IMG/VR virus record: IMGVR_UViG_3300017917_002349
Location: 64,001 to 128,000 of that record
Strand: one strand, 5' to 3'
DNA length: 64,000 bases
Source of the DNA: a virus
In this document: positions 48,328 to 56,377 of the stretch, piece after piece
Numbering within the stretch: position 1 is the first letter of the stretch
Layout: every line of letters begins with the position of its first letter
Notes under the pieces: generated by a model
The model's input: only the letters and a program-made list of their open reading frames with translations
Told to the model about the DNA's origin: nothing
Databases searched by the model: none
Made by a program: the position numbers and the translations under genes

Positions 48328-49533
48328 TCAAGCTGTCTCTCTTTCGTAGATCACAGTCTGTCCAAAGGGTGCTTCTGCCTTGTCGTTGCCTTTGACAACG
48401 AATATGGTATCGCAGTAGTCCTCTTCACCCCAACCACCACAAGGGTAGCCGTCCGTGAACATGATAAACTTCTTAGGACGAATGTCATTCTCCTGCATGA
48501 ACTGCCAGTTGACTTCGAAGTCTGTGCCACCACCGCCCTGAGGTTCGTAGTCTAACAGGTCTTCACTGTTATCATGTGTGATCTCTTTGTGGTTATAGAT
48601 CTCTGTGTCAAAGCACCACAGATTGACCTTGAAGTCCTCGAACTGATCCATGATGCCCTTGATCTCGCCTAAGAAAATAGTTGCATCTTCTTCACCGATA
48701 CTACCACTCATGTCCATAGAGACCGCTACGTCGATGGTAGTGGCTTCCTTCATGCCCGGAAGGATAGCACCTGAGTGCATACTCTTGCGATTCACACGCT
48801 GGAAGGAATAGTCATTGCGGACGATGCTTTGGATCTCTTGGCGAACCAACTCGCGCCACGAAATCTTAGGCTCAGTCATAGACTTGATCATACGCATGAT
48901 GCCTGCGGGGGTCTTACCTGCACCAGCGGCCGCGGCACTCTGGATCATAGCCTCTTTGATCTCATCACGGATACGCTGAGCATCTTCCTTGCTCATGCCA
49001 GGACGATTGCCTTTGCCTTCTTTGTCGTCGCCTTCACCACCTTGGCCGTCACCTTCTTTGATGTGCTCGTCAAGCAGATCGCCCAATTGCTTGAGCAGTT
49101 GATCCATAGGGATCTTCTCTGCCTTCTCATAGAGATCGTCGTAGATCTCTTCCCAGGCCATGCCACGGTACTTGGCATCATAGCAGATCTTGACCTGTGT
49201 GATTTTCTCGCCGATACGCTCGTCTACGAGGATCTGGTTCACAGCGAAGTCCTGTGCGATGTTGCTGAGCTGACGATCGCGACTACCAACACGGCCAAAG
49301 TGATCAAACACGCAGTGACAGATCTCGTGACCAAACAGGAATTCAAGTTGTTTAGGCGAGAGCTTCTCTACGAACTTGGTATTGTAGTAAAAGTCTCGTC
49401 CATTGGTTGCGGCAGTAGGACACCACTCGTCTGCGTTAATAAGACGCATACGGGTTGCCATGTTGCCAAAGAAAGGAGCCTTGAGCAGTAGGCCTACTCG
49501 GGCTGTGATAAGTTTTTCTACGATTGGATCCAT
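48328..49533 (-). CDS. Metallopeptidase-vWA protein (DUF2201-like)
   Basis: HEICH, DMSGS MIDAS, GGGTDF, FTDG. Confidence 0.9.
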   Translation of the reverse strand: MDPIVEKLITARVGLLLKAPFFGNMATRMRLINADEWCPTAATNGRDFYYNTKFVEKLSPKQLEFLFGHEICHCVFDHFGRVGSRDRQLSNIAQDFAVNQILVDERIGEKITQVKICYDAKYRGMAWEEIYDDLYEKAEKIPMDQLLKQLGDLLDEHIKEGDGQGGEGDDKEGKGNRPGMSKEDAQRIRDEIKEAMIQSAAAAGAGKTPAGIMRMIKSMTEPKISWRELVRQEIQSIVRNDYSFQRVNRKSMHSGAILPGMKEATTIDVAVSMDMSGSIGEEDATIFLGEIKGIMDQFEDFKVNLWCFDTEIYNHKEITHDNSEDLLDYEPQGGGGTDFEVNWQFMQENDIRPKKFIMFTDGYPCGGWGEEDYCDTIFVVKGNDKAEAPFGQTVIYERETA

Positions 49534-49590
49534 TAGTCGCTCTCCTTACTGTATGTATCTATTATAGCACCTCGGGCCCTAGTTGTCAAC

Positions 49591-49719
49591 CAAAAAGAAA
49601 CCGGGCAGTGTTGCCATACTACAACACCCCCGGCACCCTCCGCCAGTGACTAGATGGCGCGGAAAAGGGTGGGCTAGAGCCCTGGGGAGCCCTAGCCCTA
49701 GGCTACGGTGAGGTCTTAA
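49591..49719 (-). ncRNA. Structured 3'UTR of the MoxR gene with self anti-RBS and terminator
   Basis: UUAAGACCUCAC, then three consecutive hairpins, the last ending in UUUCUUUUU. Confidence 0.6.
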
Positions 49720-50804
49720 TTGTTCTCCATAGCCGTCAACACATACTTGCCGAAACGCTTGTGGAACTCGTCGAAGCTCTGCATCTTGGTAGCGTCAAAG
49801 GGCAGGTTGTAGTTGGTGAGTCCAGTCTTGGCACCCATGACAACCAGCTCAGTCGGGAAGTTATCCATCATGTAGCGGAAGAACAGGTCAGCCTTGTCGT
49901 CAAACTTCTTGTCCTTTTTCTCAGCGGCATCCTTGAGCTCGTAGCAGAGGCTAACGGTCAATGAATACATGGCACTGACTTCTTTGATAGCCAAGTCCTT
50001 GACCTTGCCTTCGAGGATGTCGGAAGCCTTAGGCAATTTGCCTGCGATCTTGCGGTGAGCCATAAACTTCACAGCCAAACCGTCACCGATAGCACCTGCG
50101 ATCAAGTTCTGCAGGGTCTCGTTGTCAGTGTCATCGTCATTGAGCAGGTCGCTGACGAACACCCAAGAACGAGGAGTCGCAAATGACTTGCTAGGGCTCT
50201 TAGGATCGAAGTCATAGAGGTCTTGCTTGGCAAAACCCACATAACCAACGACCTCAGGGTGGATGTCGTTCATAACAGCCCACTCTTGGAAGTCATCGAA
50301 GTCTACCTTCATCTCCAAGTGGACGAAACGGTTTGCCAACGGAGCAGGCATACGGTAGGTAACACCACGGTCGCCTTCACGGTTACCAGCGGCAACGATG
50401 TCCACGCCCTTGGGCAGTTCATAGGTGCCTACACGGCGGTTAAGGATCAACTGATAGGCCGCGGCTTGCACGGCAGGAGGAGCGGAGTTAAGCTCGTCCA
50501 AGAAGATCAATGCAGTGGAGTCTGCATTGGTAGGCAGTTCTGCAGGAGGAGCCCAGACCATCTTGCCCTGCTCTGCATTGTAATAGGGGATGCCCTTGAT
50601 GTCTGTGGGTTCCCAAAGAGCCAGACGAACGTCAATGACCTCACGGTCCATCTCAAGACCGATCTGCTTGACGATATCGCTCTTACCGATACCTGGAGGG
50701 CCCCACAGGAATGTAGGACGGCGAACTTTGATCGCCTTACGGATCGCCTTTTTGGCGCTCTTAGGGCCACATTGACGAACGGAAATATCTTGTGCTTTTG
50801 CCAT
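49716..50804 (-). CDS. MoxR-like AAA+ ATPase
   Basis: GPPGIGKS, FLDELN, AAGN, LANRF, TPRSW; adjacent vWA gene. Confidence 0.92.
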   Translation of the reverse strand: MAKAQDISVRQCGPKSAKKAIRKAIKVRRPTFLWGPPGIGKSDIVKQIGLEMDREVIDVRLALWEPTDIKGIPYYNAEQGKMVWAPPAELPTNADSTALIFLDELNSAPPAVQAAAYQLILNRRVGTYELPKGVDIVAAGNREGDRGVTYRMPAPLANRFVHLEMKVDFDDFQEWAVMNDIHPEVVGYVGFAKQDLYDFDPKSPSKSFATPRSWVFVSDLLNDDDTDNETLQNLIAGAIGDGLAVKFMAHRKIAGKLPKASDILEGKVKDLAIKEVSAMYSLTVSLCYELKDAAEKKDKKFDDKADLFFRYMMDNFPTELVVMGAKTGLTNYNLPFDATKMQSFDEFHKRFGKYVLTAMENN

Positions 50805-50879
50805 TTAAGACCTCACTAAAGTTAGAACAAACAAACTGCTTTCCCAGTATCATTATTGTAGCACCTCTCGGTGCAGTTG

Positions 50880-51515
50880 TCAACCACTGATTTTCACGTA
50901 GTTGAGCTGTGTGGCGCCGTTGCCACGGTGTTGCTTGATCTTGCCCTTGATGCGCACAGTGCCCTGGAGTTCCTTGGTATGCCAGAAATCCACGATGCTG
51001 TCACCCATACGTGCATCCATGCGGTACTTGCCATATTCTGCGTTGTACCGTGTGCGGATCACAGTGACATCACCCACGATGGTATCACCTACAGCGCCCG
51101 GGAGCGGTTGGGAACTGAAGATCTCTCGCTTGAGTTCAGCATGCGCAGCATCACGCAAGGCCACTGAGGGCAAACAGCTGATCACAGCGAAATCGTAGAT
51201 ATCACGACCCGTGAACTCTTCTTTGGCTGCAATCCGCATGGCAGTCTGCTGGAAATCATTCATCTTGCCTGTGAGAGCCAACAGCGTGTATGATTTGAAG
51301 TGATCCCGGGCTGAGCGTCCTGCAGCGTAGTCGGCTTCAGTGATCTGGGTGAAATCGTTGTCGCGGAGCCATTGCTTGACCATGGCTTTGTTGGCTCGCT
51401 TGTCGACCACGTAGCTTTCGTCGATATAACGGCCTTTGTCCTCTTTGAGATACTCACCGTTGATGCGTTGAGCTGCTGCCGCGGCACCCCAAACTTGATC
51501 TGCTGTAAATTGCAT
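50880..51515 (-). CDS. Hypothetical protein with C-terminal OB-fold-like region
   Basis: AGGAGCGAU RBS; TQLNYVK end. Confidence 0.8.
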   Translation of the reverse strand: MQFTADQVWGAAAAAQRINGEYLKEDKGRYIDESYVVDKRANKAMVKQWLRDNDFTQITEADYAAGRSARDHFKSYTLLALTGKMNDFQQTAMRIAAKEEFTGRDIYDFAVISCLPSVALRDAAHAELKREIFSSQPLPGAVGDTIVGDVTVIRTRYNAEYGKYRMDARMGDSIVDFWHTKELQGTVRIKGKIKQHRGNGATQLNYVKISG

Positions 51516-51622
51516 CTATCGCTCCTTGCTATTCACTATACCTCTAGTATACGATCTTTTGGCCCAGTTGTCAACCGTTTTGGGGAGTGCCGGCGGGTGT
51601 GGCTTTTCTGCAACATATGGTC

Positions 51623-51696
51623 AAAAAAACAGGGCCTAGTAAGGCCCTGTCAAAACCGCCCCGGGAGCGAATCGGCTTGGTTTTGAGGAGCGAACC
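51623..51696 (-). ncRNA. 3'UTR anti-RBS hairpin 2 plus intrinsic terminator (candidate regulatory RNA)
   Basis: GUUCGCUCCU, then UCAAAACC/GGUUUUGA outer stem, CCG/CGG inner stem, loop AUUCGCUCC; then ACAGGGCCU/AGGCCCUGU plus U-tract. Confidence 0.72.
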
Positions 51697-51972
51697 TTAG
51701 GCTACGGTCCAACCAGCTGCCTTGGCCATGTAACCAAGTGCTACGATTTCACGGCTGGGTTGACCCAACTCGTACTCAGTGACTGTGACACCGTTGCCTG
51801 CTGTGCGGCTGTTTGCGTAGACAGCATAACCACCTTGACGGATGCGGCTAGCTTCTGCGGCTAGATTCTTTACACCAAAACGCTTGCTGGCCTGAGCGGC
51901 TGTAAGAGTTTCACCATTGTAAAGAGCTTGGAAGACCTTGAAAGTCTTGGTTTCGGGATTGAATCGCTTCAT
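51697..51972 (-). CDS. Winged helix-turn-helix protein
   Basis: GETLTAAQASKRFGVKNL..SRIRQGGY plus beta wing; TTGCAA-17-TATAGT promoter. Confidence 0.75.
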   Translation of the reverse strand: MKRFNPETKTFKVFQALYNGETLTAAQASKRFGVKNLAAEASRIRQGGYAVYANSRTAGNGVTVTEYELGQPSREIVALGYMAKAAGWTVA

Positions 51973-52069
51973 GTTTTTTCCTCTAAATGTTATAGCTGAT
52001 TACTTGTTTTTCAGCGTCCTTATAATATACTATAATCCAAAATATATTGCAAGGATCAATATTACCAAA

Positions 52070-52270
52070 TTACTTTTTACTAACCTTTACGCTGGGCACA
52101 GCCATGATAACAGCCGCAGCCAACCAGGTGTAAAAGGTATAGGGCAGCACATGATTAGGCCAGAGATGCTGTCCAAATTCGTTAATGGCCCAGATAAAGG
52201 CCAATGGCCCAATGGCTACAAAGAACACTACCACAGCCACCAAGCCCACGATAGTCATGAGTTTATTCAT
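52070..52270 (-). CDS. Small membrane protein
   Basis: Two hydrophobic segments. Confidence 0.7.
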   Translation of the reverse strand: MNKLMTIVGLVAVVVFFVAIGPLAFIWAINEFGQHLWPNHVLPYTFYTWLAAAVIMAVPSVKVSKK

Positions 52271-52493
52271 CGTCTTTCTCCTGTGCAGCAGCCAAGGCAG
52301 CGATTTCAGCGTCGATGGCCCGCTCTTTCTTCTTACCAGCCAGTGCAGTGCCTCGCTGATACACCTGCCAATAATGATCCCCGCAGTAGCTCTTGCCCTG
52401 AAGCACAGCTGAACCGCAGTAGTGGATCGAACCCCTTAGGGGGTCCTGATCCGGACCAATCCACTGGCACTCACGGATTGGAATGTCTACCAT
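52263..52493 (-). CDS. Small Cys/His protein (GcrA C-terminal-like motif)
   Basis: CQWIG..YCG..SYC..H. Confidence 0.6.
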   Translation of the reverse strand: MVDIPIRECQWIGPDQDPLRGSIHYCGSAVLQGKSYCGDHYWQVYQRGTALAGKKKERAIDAEIAALAAAQEKDDE

Positions 52494-53614
52494 TAATGCA
52501 TCCCCTTCATAACAGTTACGCGAGCATGACCTTCCCAATTGCTGGGGAACGCCTTGCGCAGTTGTGCTACTTTGAGCACGGTACGTAGGCTGAGTTCACG
52601 CATGCTGGCACGATTGGTCTCGATGAAATTAACCACTTCGTCCTTGGCGATGTCCTCAAGCTCGTAGTCATCTAACATACCGTCCTTGACGATCTGCTTG
52701 ATGCGCAAGACCTTCTCGCGGTCAGTGTCCATGCGCAGATCGATGTAGTGGCAACGGCTTTCAAGAGCGGCAAGGTGATCCTGCAGTTTCTTAGAACGCA
52801 CATTCTCAAACTTCAAGTTAGTGATAAAGATAGCACCACCCTTGAACTCGAAACGATCTGGAATACCCTCGCTTCGCAGGATACGGCTGTCAGTGTTCCA
52901 CGAGATAGTACGCTTCTTGGAACTGTCCAGGGCCGCTTTTAAAATATTAAGCGAGATGTCGTCCAAAAGAATGCTGTCACAGTCGTCAAACACAAGAATG
53001 CTCTTAGAGTCTGAGAACTTGTAGAGCTTAGAGTACAGACCAATGGCACTCATAGCACCCTTGACGATCTCGTACTTGGGCTTGCGTTCGCCTAGCGTGT
53101 TGAACAGATCGTCCTTAGACAGTACTTCTTCAACACCAAAGCTCTTGCCCACACCAGGAGGGCCTGTGACGATCATGGCACGTACATCGCCTGCTTTCAC
53201 AGCCTTGGTCATGTCCTTGAGGATCTCAAAACGCACACGGGTACGCTCGATGATCTGTTCATCGGTCTCGTGTGCTACAGCAGAGTCAGCGACCTTGATC
53301 TGTGTGAAGTCTGTGACCTCGGCACCCTTGGTGCTCTTGTTCTTGAGCGCAGTCAACATGCTGACAGCCTGGGGCTGGCGAGTGGCCTGTACAGTACCTT
53401 CCACGGCATAGTCTCCTTGACGGCAACGGATGCGGATTGAACGATCTGGGAACGGGATACTGCCTGCGGGACTTACGCTGGTACCATCGACAGTGACATA
53501 GCCTTCGCCCGTCTTTGAGACCTTGTAGTCTTCGACCAACTCGAATGAATAGCCGGCAACATTAGTGGGTTGACCCTTGATGTTGTACCAGCCCTCGGTG
53601 AAAGTAATACGCAT
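52493..53614 (-). CDS. P-loop/AAA ATPase
   Basis: GPPGVGKS, VFDDCD, FITN, ALESR; AGGAGCGAAA RBS. Confidence 0.85.
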   Translation of the reverse strand: MRITFTEGWYNIKGQPTNVAGYSFELVEDYKVSKTGEGYVTVDGTSVSPAGSIPFPDRSIRIRCRQGDYAVEGTVQATRQPQAVSMLTALKNKSTKGAEVTDFTQIKVADSAVAHETDEQIIERTRVRFEILKDMTKAVKAGDVRAMIVTGPPGVGKSFGVEEVLSKDDLFNTLGERKPKYEIVKGAMSAIGLYSKLYKFSDSKSILVFDDCDSILLDDISLNILKAALDSSKKRTISWNTDSRILRSEGIPDRFEFKGGAIFITNLKFENVRSKKLQDHLAALESRCHYIDLRMDTDREKVLRIKQIVKDGMLDDYELEDIAKDEVVNFIETNRASMRELSLRTVLKVAQLRKAFPSNWEGHARVTVMKGMH

Positions 53615-53695
53615 TTTCGCTCCTGTGTATTTGTTGAACATTCTCGTATTATATTACAGATAGGGGCTGTTGTCAACCCCTAACAGTAATAACCC

Positions 53696-54130
53696 TTATG
53701 CGTCAAGGGCTTCTTGTATGCCAAACGCCTTCTCTAGATCTACAAACCCGCCCTCGCAGCCGTAGTATTCTACATACCAATTGCCGTCCAAACGGTAGAT
53801 ATAGTTGTATTCTTCAAACTGGCTGTCACGCTGATAAGCAGCAAAGTCTGCCCAAACCCGGCACTCACAGCCTGTCTCGCCACGATCGCGTCCGTAGGCT
53901 GTGGTCCAATTGTCGGGTTTGTTGCGATCGTCAAAGTCGTGGGCCTGACCGATCTCAGGGCGCAGGCTGCTGATATCGCCCAAGAGCATGAGAGCGTAGA
54001 TCTTGGCACGATCCTGGTAGTGTTCCTGCAGGATCTTACCGTTGTTGTCCAGGTAACCGTCCCAGTGGCAGTAGATCTGCATGATCTCACCGTTGGGCTG
54101 TTCCATCGCGATAGTGCTTCGTGTTGCCAT
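53696..54130 (-). CDS. Hypothetical protein
   Basis: MATRS..YCHWDGY..YGRDRGE; AGGAGCGAAC RBS. Confidence 0.8.
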   Translation of the reverse strand: MATRSTIAMEQPNGEIMQIYCHWDGYLDNNGKILQEHYQDRAKIYALMLLGDISSLRPEIGQAHDFDDRNKPDNWTTAYGRDRGETGCECRVWADFAAYQRDSQFEEYNYIYRLDGNWYVEYYGCEGGFVDLEKAFGIQEALDA

Positions 54131-54198
54131 AGTTCGCTCCTAGTTGTTTAACTCAGTCTAGAGTATAACACGGGCCGGAGCCCGTGTCAACCACATTG

Positions 54199-54552
54199 TT
54201 AAATACCCTGGAACTCTGTAAGGGCTTTCTGTGCGTCTGCGTCCAACATACAGGCGTCCATGGCCCGTTGCTTTTCCTCTGCTACGGTCTTGCGATATGC
54301 TTCCAACTCTGCTTGTTTGGCTTCCATAGCAGGCCACACTACATCTGAAGGGTTAAGGTAAGGACCCGTGTAGTCTACCTTGTCTTCCTTAAGGGTGATC
54401 TCACCTGAGCGGATGCCCTCAAATACCATGCCCCACGTGGGTTGCTGAGGACGGCCTGTGGGTCCGAACAGTTCTTGTGCTTTAGATTGGACCTTCTCCG
54501 CAGCGATCTCGTTGAGTCGGCGGACGAAATACTCGCGTTGTGCTTGTTCCAT
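54199..54552 (-). CDS. Hypothetical protein
   Basis: AGGAGCGC RBS, own promoter. Confidence 0.8.
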   Translation of the reverse strand: MEQAQREYFVRRLNEIAAEKVQSKAQELFGPTGRPQQPTWGMVFEGIRSGEITLKEDKVDYTGPYLNPSDVVWPAMEAKQAELEAYRKTVAEEKQRAMDACMLDADAQKALTEFQGI

Positions 54553-54624
54553 AATGCGCTCCTTAAAAGTGTGTGTGATATAGTAAGTTGCTCTGCTTCC
54601 TTACTATGTCATTATTATATGCTC

Positions 54625-55107
54625 TTACGAGCCTGTTGTCAACCGGATTTGGTGTGGCTGATCAGCCACAGTGGCAAAGTGCTCGATGAAGATGTGATGA
54701 GCATCACCCGATCGTTGGATGCAGCGATCAGCAGCACGATAGAGATCCAGCCACGTGGGTCCCGGGATCATCTCGTAGACAGGCTGTTCGCCCCAATGAT
54801 CTCTGTAGCAGACTTCCACAGCAGCAGCATAGGGATGCTGCTGGTTCAGGTCCTCTACTTCAAAGATACTCCAGATTGAGCGCAGGCCCAGTTGCTGCTT
54901 GATGTCGCTGTAGTGATCCATCTTAGTGTCAAATGCAGCTTCATCCTGCTTGTAGGCATTCTCCAAGCCCTGCTCGAACTGACGGACGATTTTCAACAGC
55001 AGATCCCCCAGGGGCTGCTCTACGACCATACGCTGTAGATCACGCAGCTCGCAGAGGGTGTTGTGTACAGTTTTAAAGTCTTGTGAGTGAAGTGTCACGG
55101 TTTCCAT
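54625..55107 (-). CDS. Hypothetical protein
   Basis: TW.DLY.AAD..SGD.HHIFIE. Confidence 0.75.
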   Translation of the reverse strand: METVTLHSQDFKTVHNTLCELRDLQRMVVEQPLGDLLLKIVRQFEQGLENAYKQDEAAFDTKMDHYSDIKQQLGLRSIWSIFEVEDLNQQHPYAAAVEVCYRDHWGEQPVYEMIPGPTWLDLYRAADRCIQRSGDAHHIFIEHFATVADQPHQIRLTTGS

Positions 55108-55413
55108 TTACATGCTCCAATAGAGTTCAGATGAAGGATCGCAGCTACGGGGTGTGTTGACACTCTGTGTGAACTCAGCACCCGTCATCAAGTTACGCTT
55201 TGTGACACGCTGTTCTATCACTGAGTGATACCACGCAGCTTCCGCGGCAGCCATCCAGAACAGGGGGTCGTCTTCATGAGCATTGCTGCCCGGGTAGTAG
55301 GGAAAGTGACGCACATACTTCTTGTGCGCTCTAGTGATGGCAGCCTGTGCAGCCGGGTGGGTCTTGTAGCTCTTGACTATGGCAGAACTACGCTTGTCGT
55401 ATACGTACCACAT
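55108..55413 (-). CDS. Hypothetical protein
   Basis: NLMTG..NTPRSCDPSSELYWSM; AGGAGCGAC RBS. Confidence 0.8.
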   Translation of the reverse strand: MWYVYDKRSSAIVKSYKTHPAAQAAITRAHKKYVRHFPYYPGSNAHEDDPLFWMAAAEAAWYHSVIEQRVTKRNLMTGAEFTQSVNTPRSCDPSSELYWSM

Positions 55414-55467
55414 GGTCGCTCCTTGTTAACGTTACAGTGCGTATTATACACAGAAGAGTGGCGCCTG

Positions 55468-55788
55468 TCAACTACCACGCAGATCGGTGTTGTAGAATGG
55501 ACGCAGTTCGCGGATTAATTCACGCTCGCGAGCATGAGCCGCTGTCTTGCCTCGCACCAATTCCAAAGGCTCGATGCGGATCAGTTCTTTAGAATCATAG
55601 CTTCTCAACAGACGGCATAGAGCCCAGGTCTTGGCTTCAGTGCGAGCGCGATACCAGTGCTTGGCTGCCCGGCTACGTAGACTCTTTAGCACTGTGGTCT
55701 CTGTTTTGGCAGTAACACCAATGTAGACTCCCTCAGGGCCTGTGATCTGATATATGATGTGATTACGATCTGATCTCTTTGCTCGCAT
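55468..55788 (-). CDS. GIY-YIG-like nuclease domain protein
   Basis: IYQI..YIGVT, R..H, E.ELI, YN. Confidence 0.75.
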   Translation of the reverse strand: MRAKRSDRNHIIYQITGPEGVYIGVTAKTETTVLKSLRSRAAKHWYRARTEAKTWALCRLLRSYDSKELIRIEPLELVRGKTAAHARERELIRELRPFYNTDLRGS

Positions 55789-55873
55789 AGTCCGCTCCTT
55801 CACTATGCATATAGTATAACATCACCGGGCCAATCTGTCAACCAAAATAACAAAGACCCTACAGGGCCTCGGG

Positions 55874-56002
55874 TTATTGTACGTGATCCTCGATTAGTTG
55901 CGCGAGCTGCTCGACAGCCGCCTGCGCGGCATCGTCGTCTAAATTTGTGTGCTGCTGTAGCGAGGCTAATGCAGCGTAGAACTGTTGCTGTAGATCTGAC
56001 AT
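55874..56002 (-). CDS. Small hypothetical protein (42 aa)
   Basis: AGGAGCAC RBS behind promoter 56025-56053. Confidence 0.65.
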   Translation of the reverse strand: MSDLQQQFYAALASLQQHTNLDDDAAQAAVEQLAQLIEDHVQ

Positions 56003-56061
56003 AGTGCTCCTTGTGTAAGTGTTAATTATAGCACTCCCCGTCCAATCTGTCAACCAAAATG

Positions 56062-56128
56062 ATATCCACAGGATATACACATGTTGTCCACAGACTCGTC
56101 CACAACCCTGTGCATATCCTGTGGATCG
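56062..56128. promoter_or_regulatory. Cluster of six DnaA-box-like 9-mers
   Basis: ATATCCACA, ATATACACA, TTGTCCACA, TCGTCCACA direct at 11-12 bp pitch; TGTGCATAT, TGTGGATCG inverted. Confidence 0.6.
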
Positions 56129-56188
56129 GTCGCGAACGTTGTTCTAGAGCCACGGCAGCCCCTCTGCGCTCGATCGCTGCTGCTGTAG

Positions 56189-56273
56189 TGGTAGGACCGA
56201 CCGGAATCGAACCGGTATGCATCGCTGCGAGGGATTTTAAGTCCCTTGTGTCTACCTATTTCACCACGGTCCC
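56189..56273 (-). tRNA. tRNA-Leu(TAA)
   Basis: Cloverleaf with variable arm, AGGGA-CTTAAAA-TCCCT, CCA. Confidence 0.93.
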
Positions 56274-56295
56274 CTAACGCGGGCTGCTGCTGTAG

Positions 56296-56372
56296 TGGCC
56301 ACGCATAAGGGATTCGAACCCCTGACCCACAGCTTAGAAGGCTGTTGCTCTATCCTGCTGAGCTAATGCGTG
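56296..56372 (-). tRNA. tRNA-Arg(TCT)
   Basis: Cloverleaf, ACAGC-CTTCTAA-GCTGT, GGTTCGAATCC, CCA. Confidence 0.93.
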
Positions 56373-56377
56373 ATGTT

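Noticed and set aside
48775-53411. Long + strand ORFs antisense to the vWA, MoxR and AAA genes (48775-49491, 50223-50819, 51938-52588, 53043-53411)
   Set aside because: Shadow frames of codon-biased minus-strand genes, with no RBS or recognisable motifs.
55468-55788. GIY-YIG gene as a mobile homing endonuclease or intron
   Set aside because: Single short domain with its own early promoter and RBS; no interrupted host gene or intron structure nearby.
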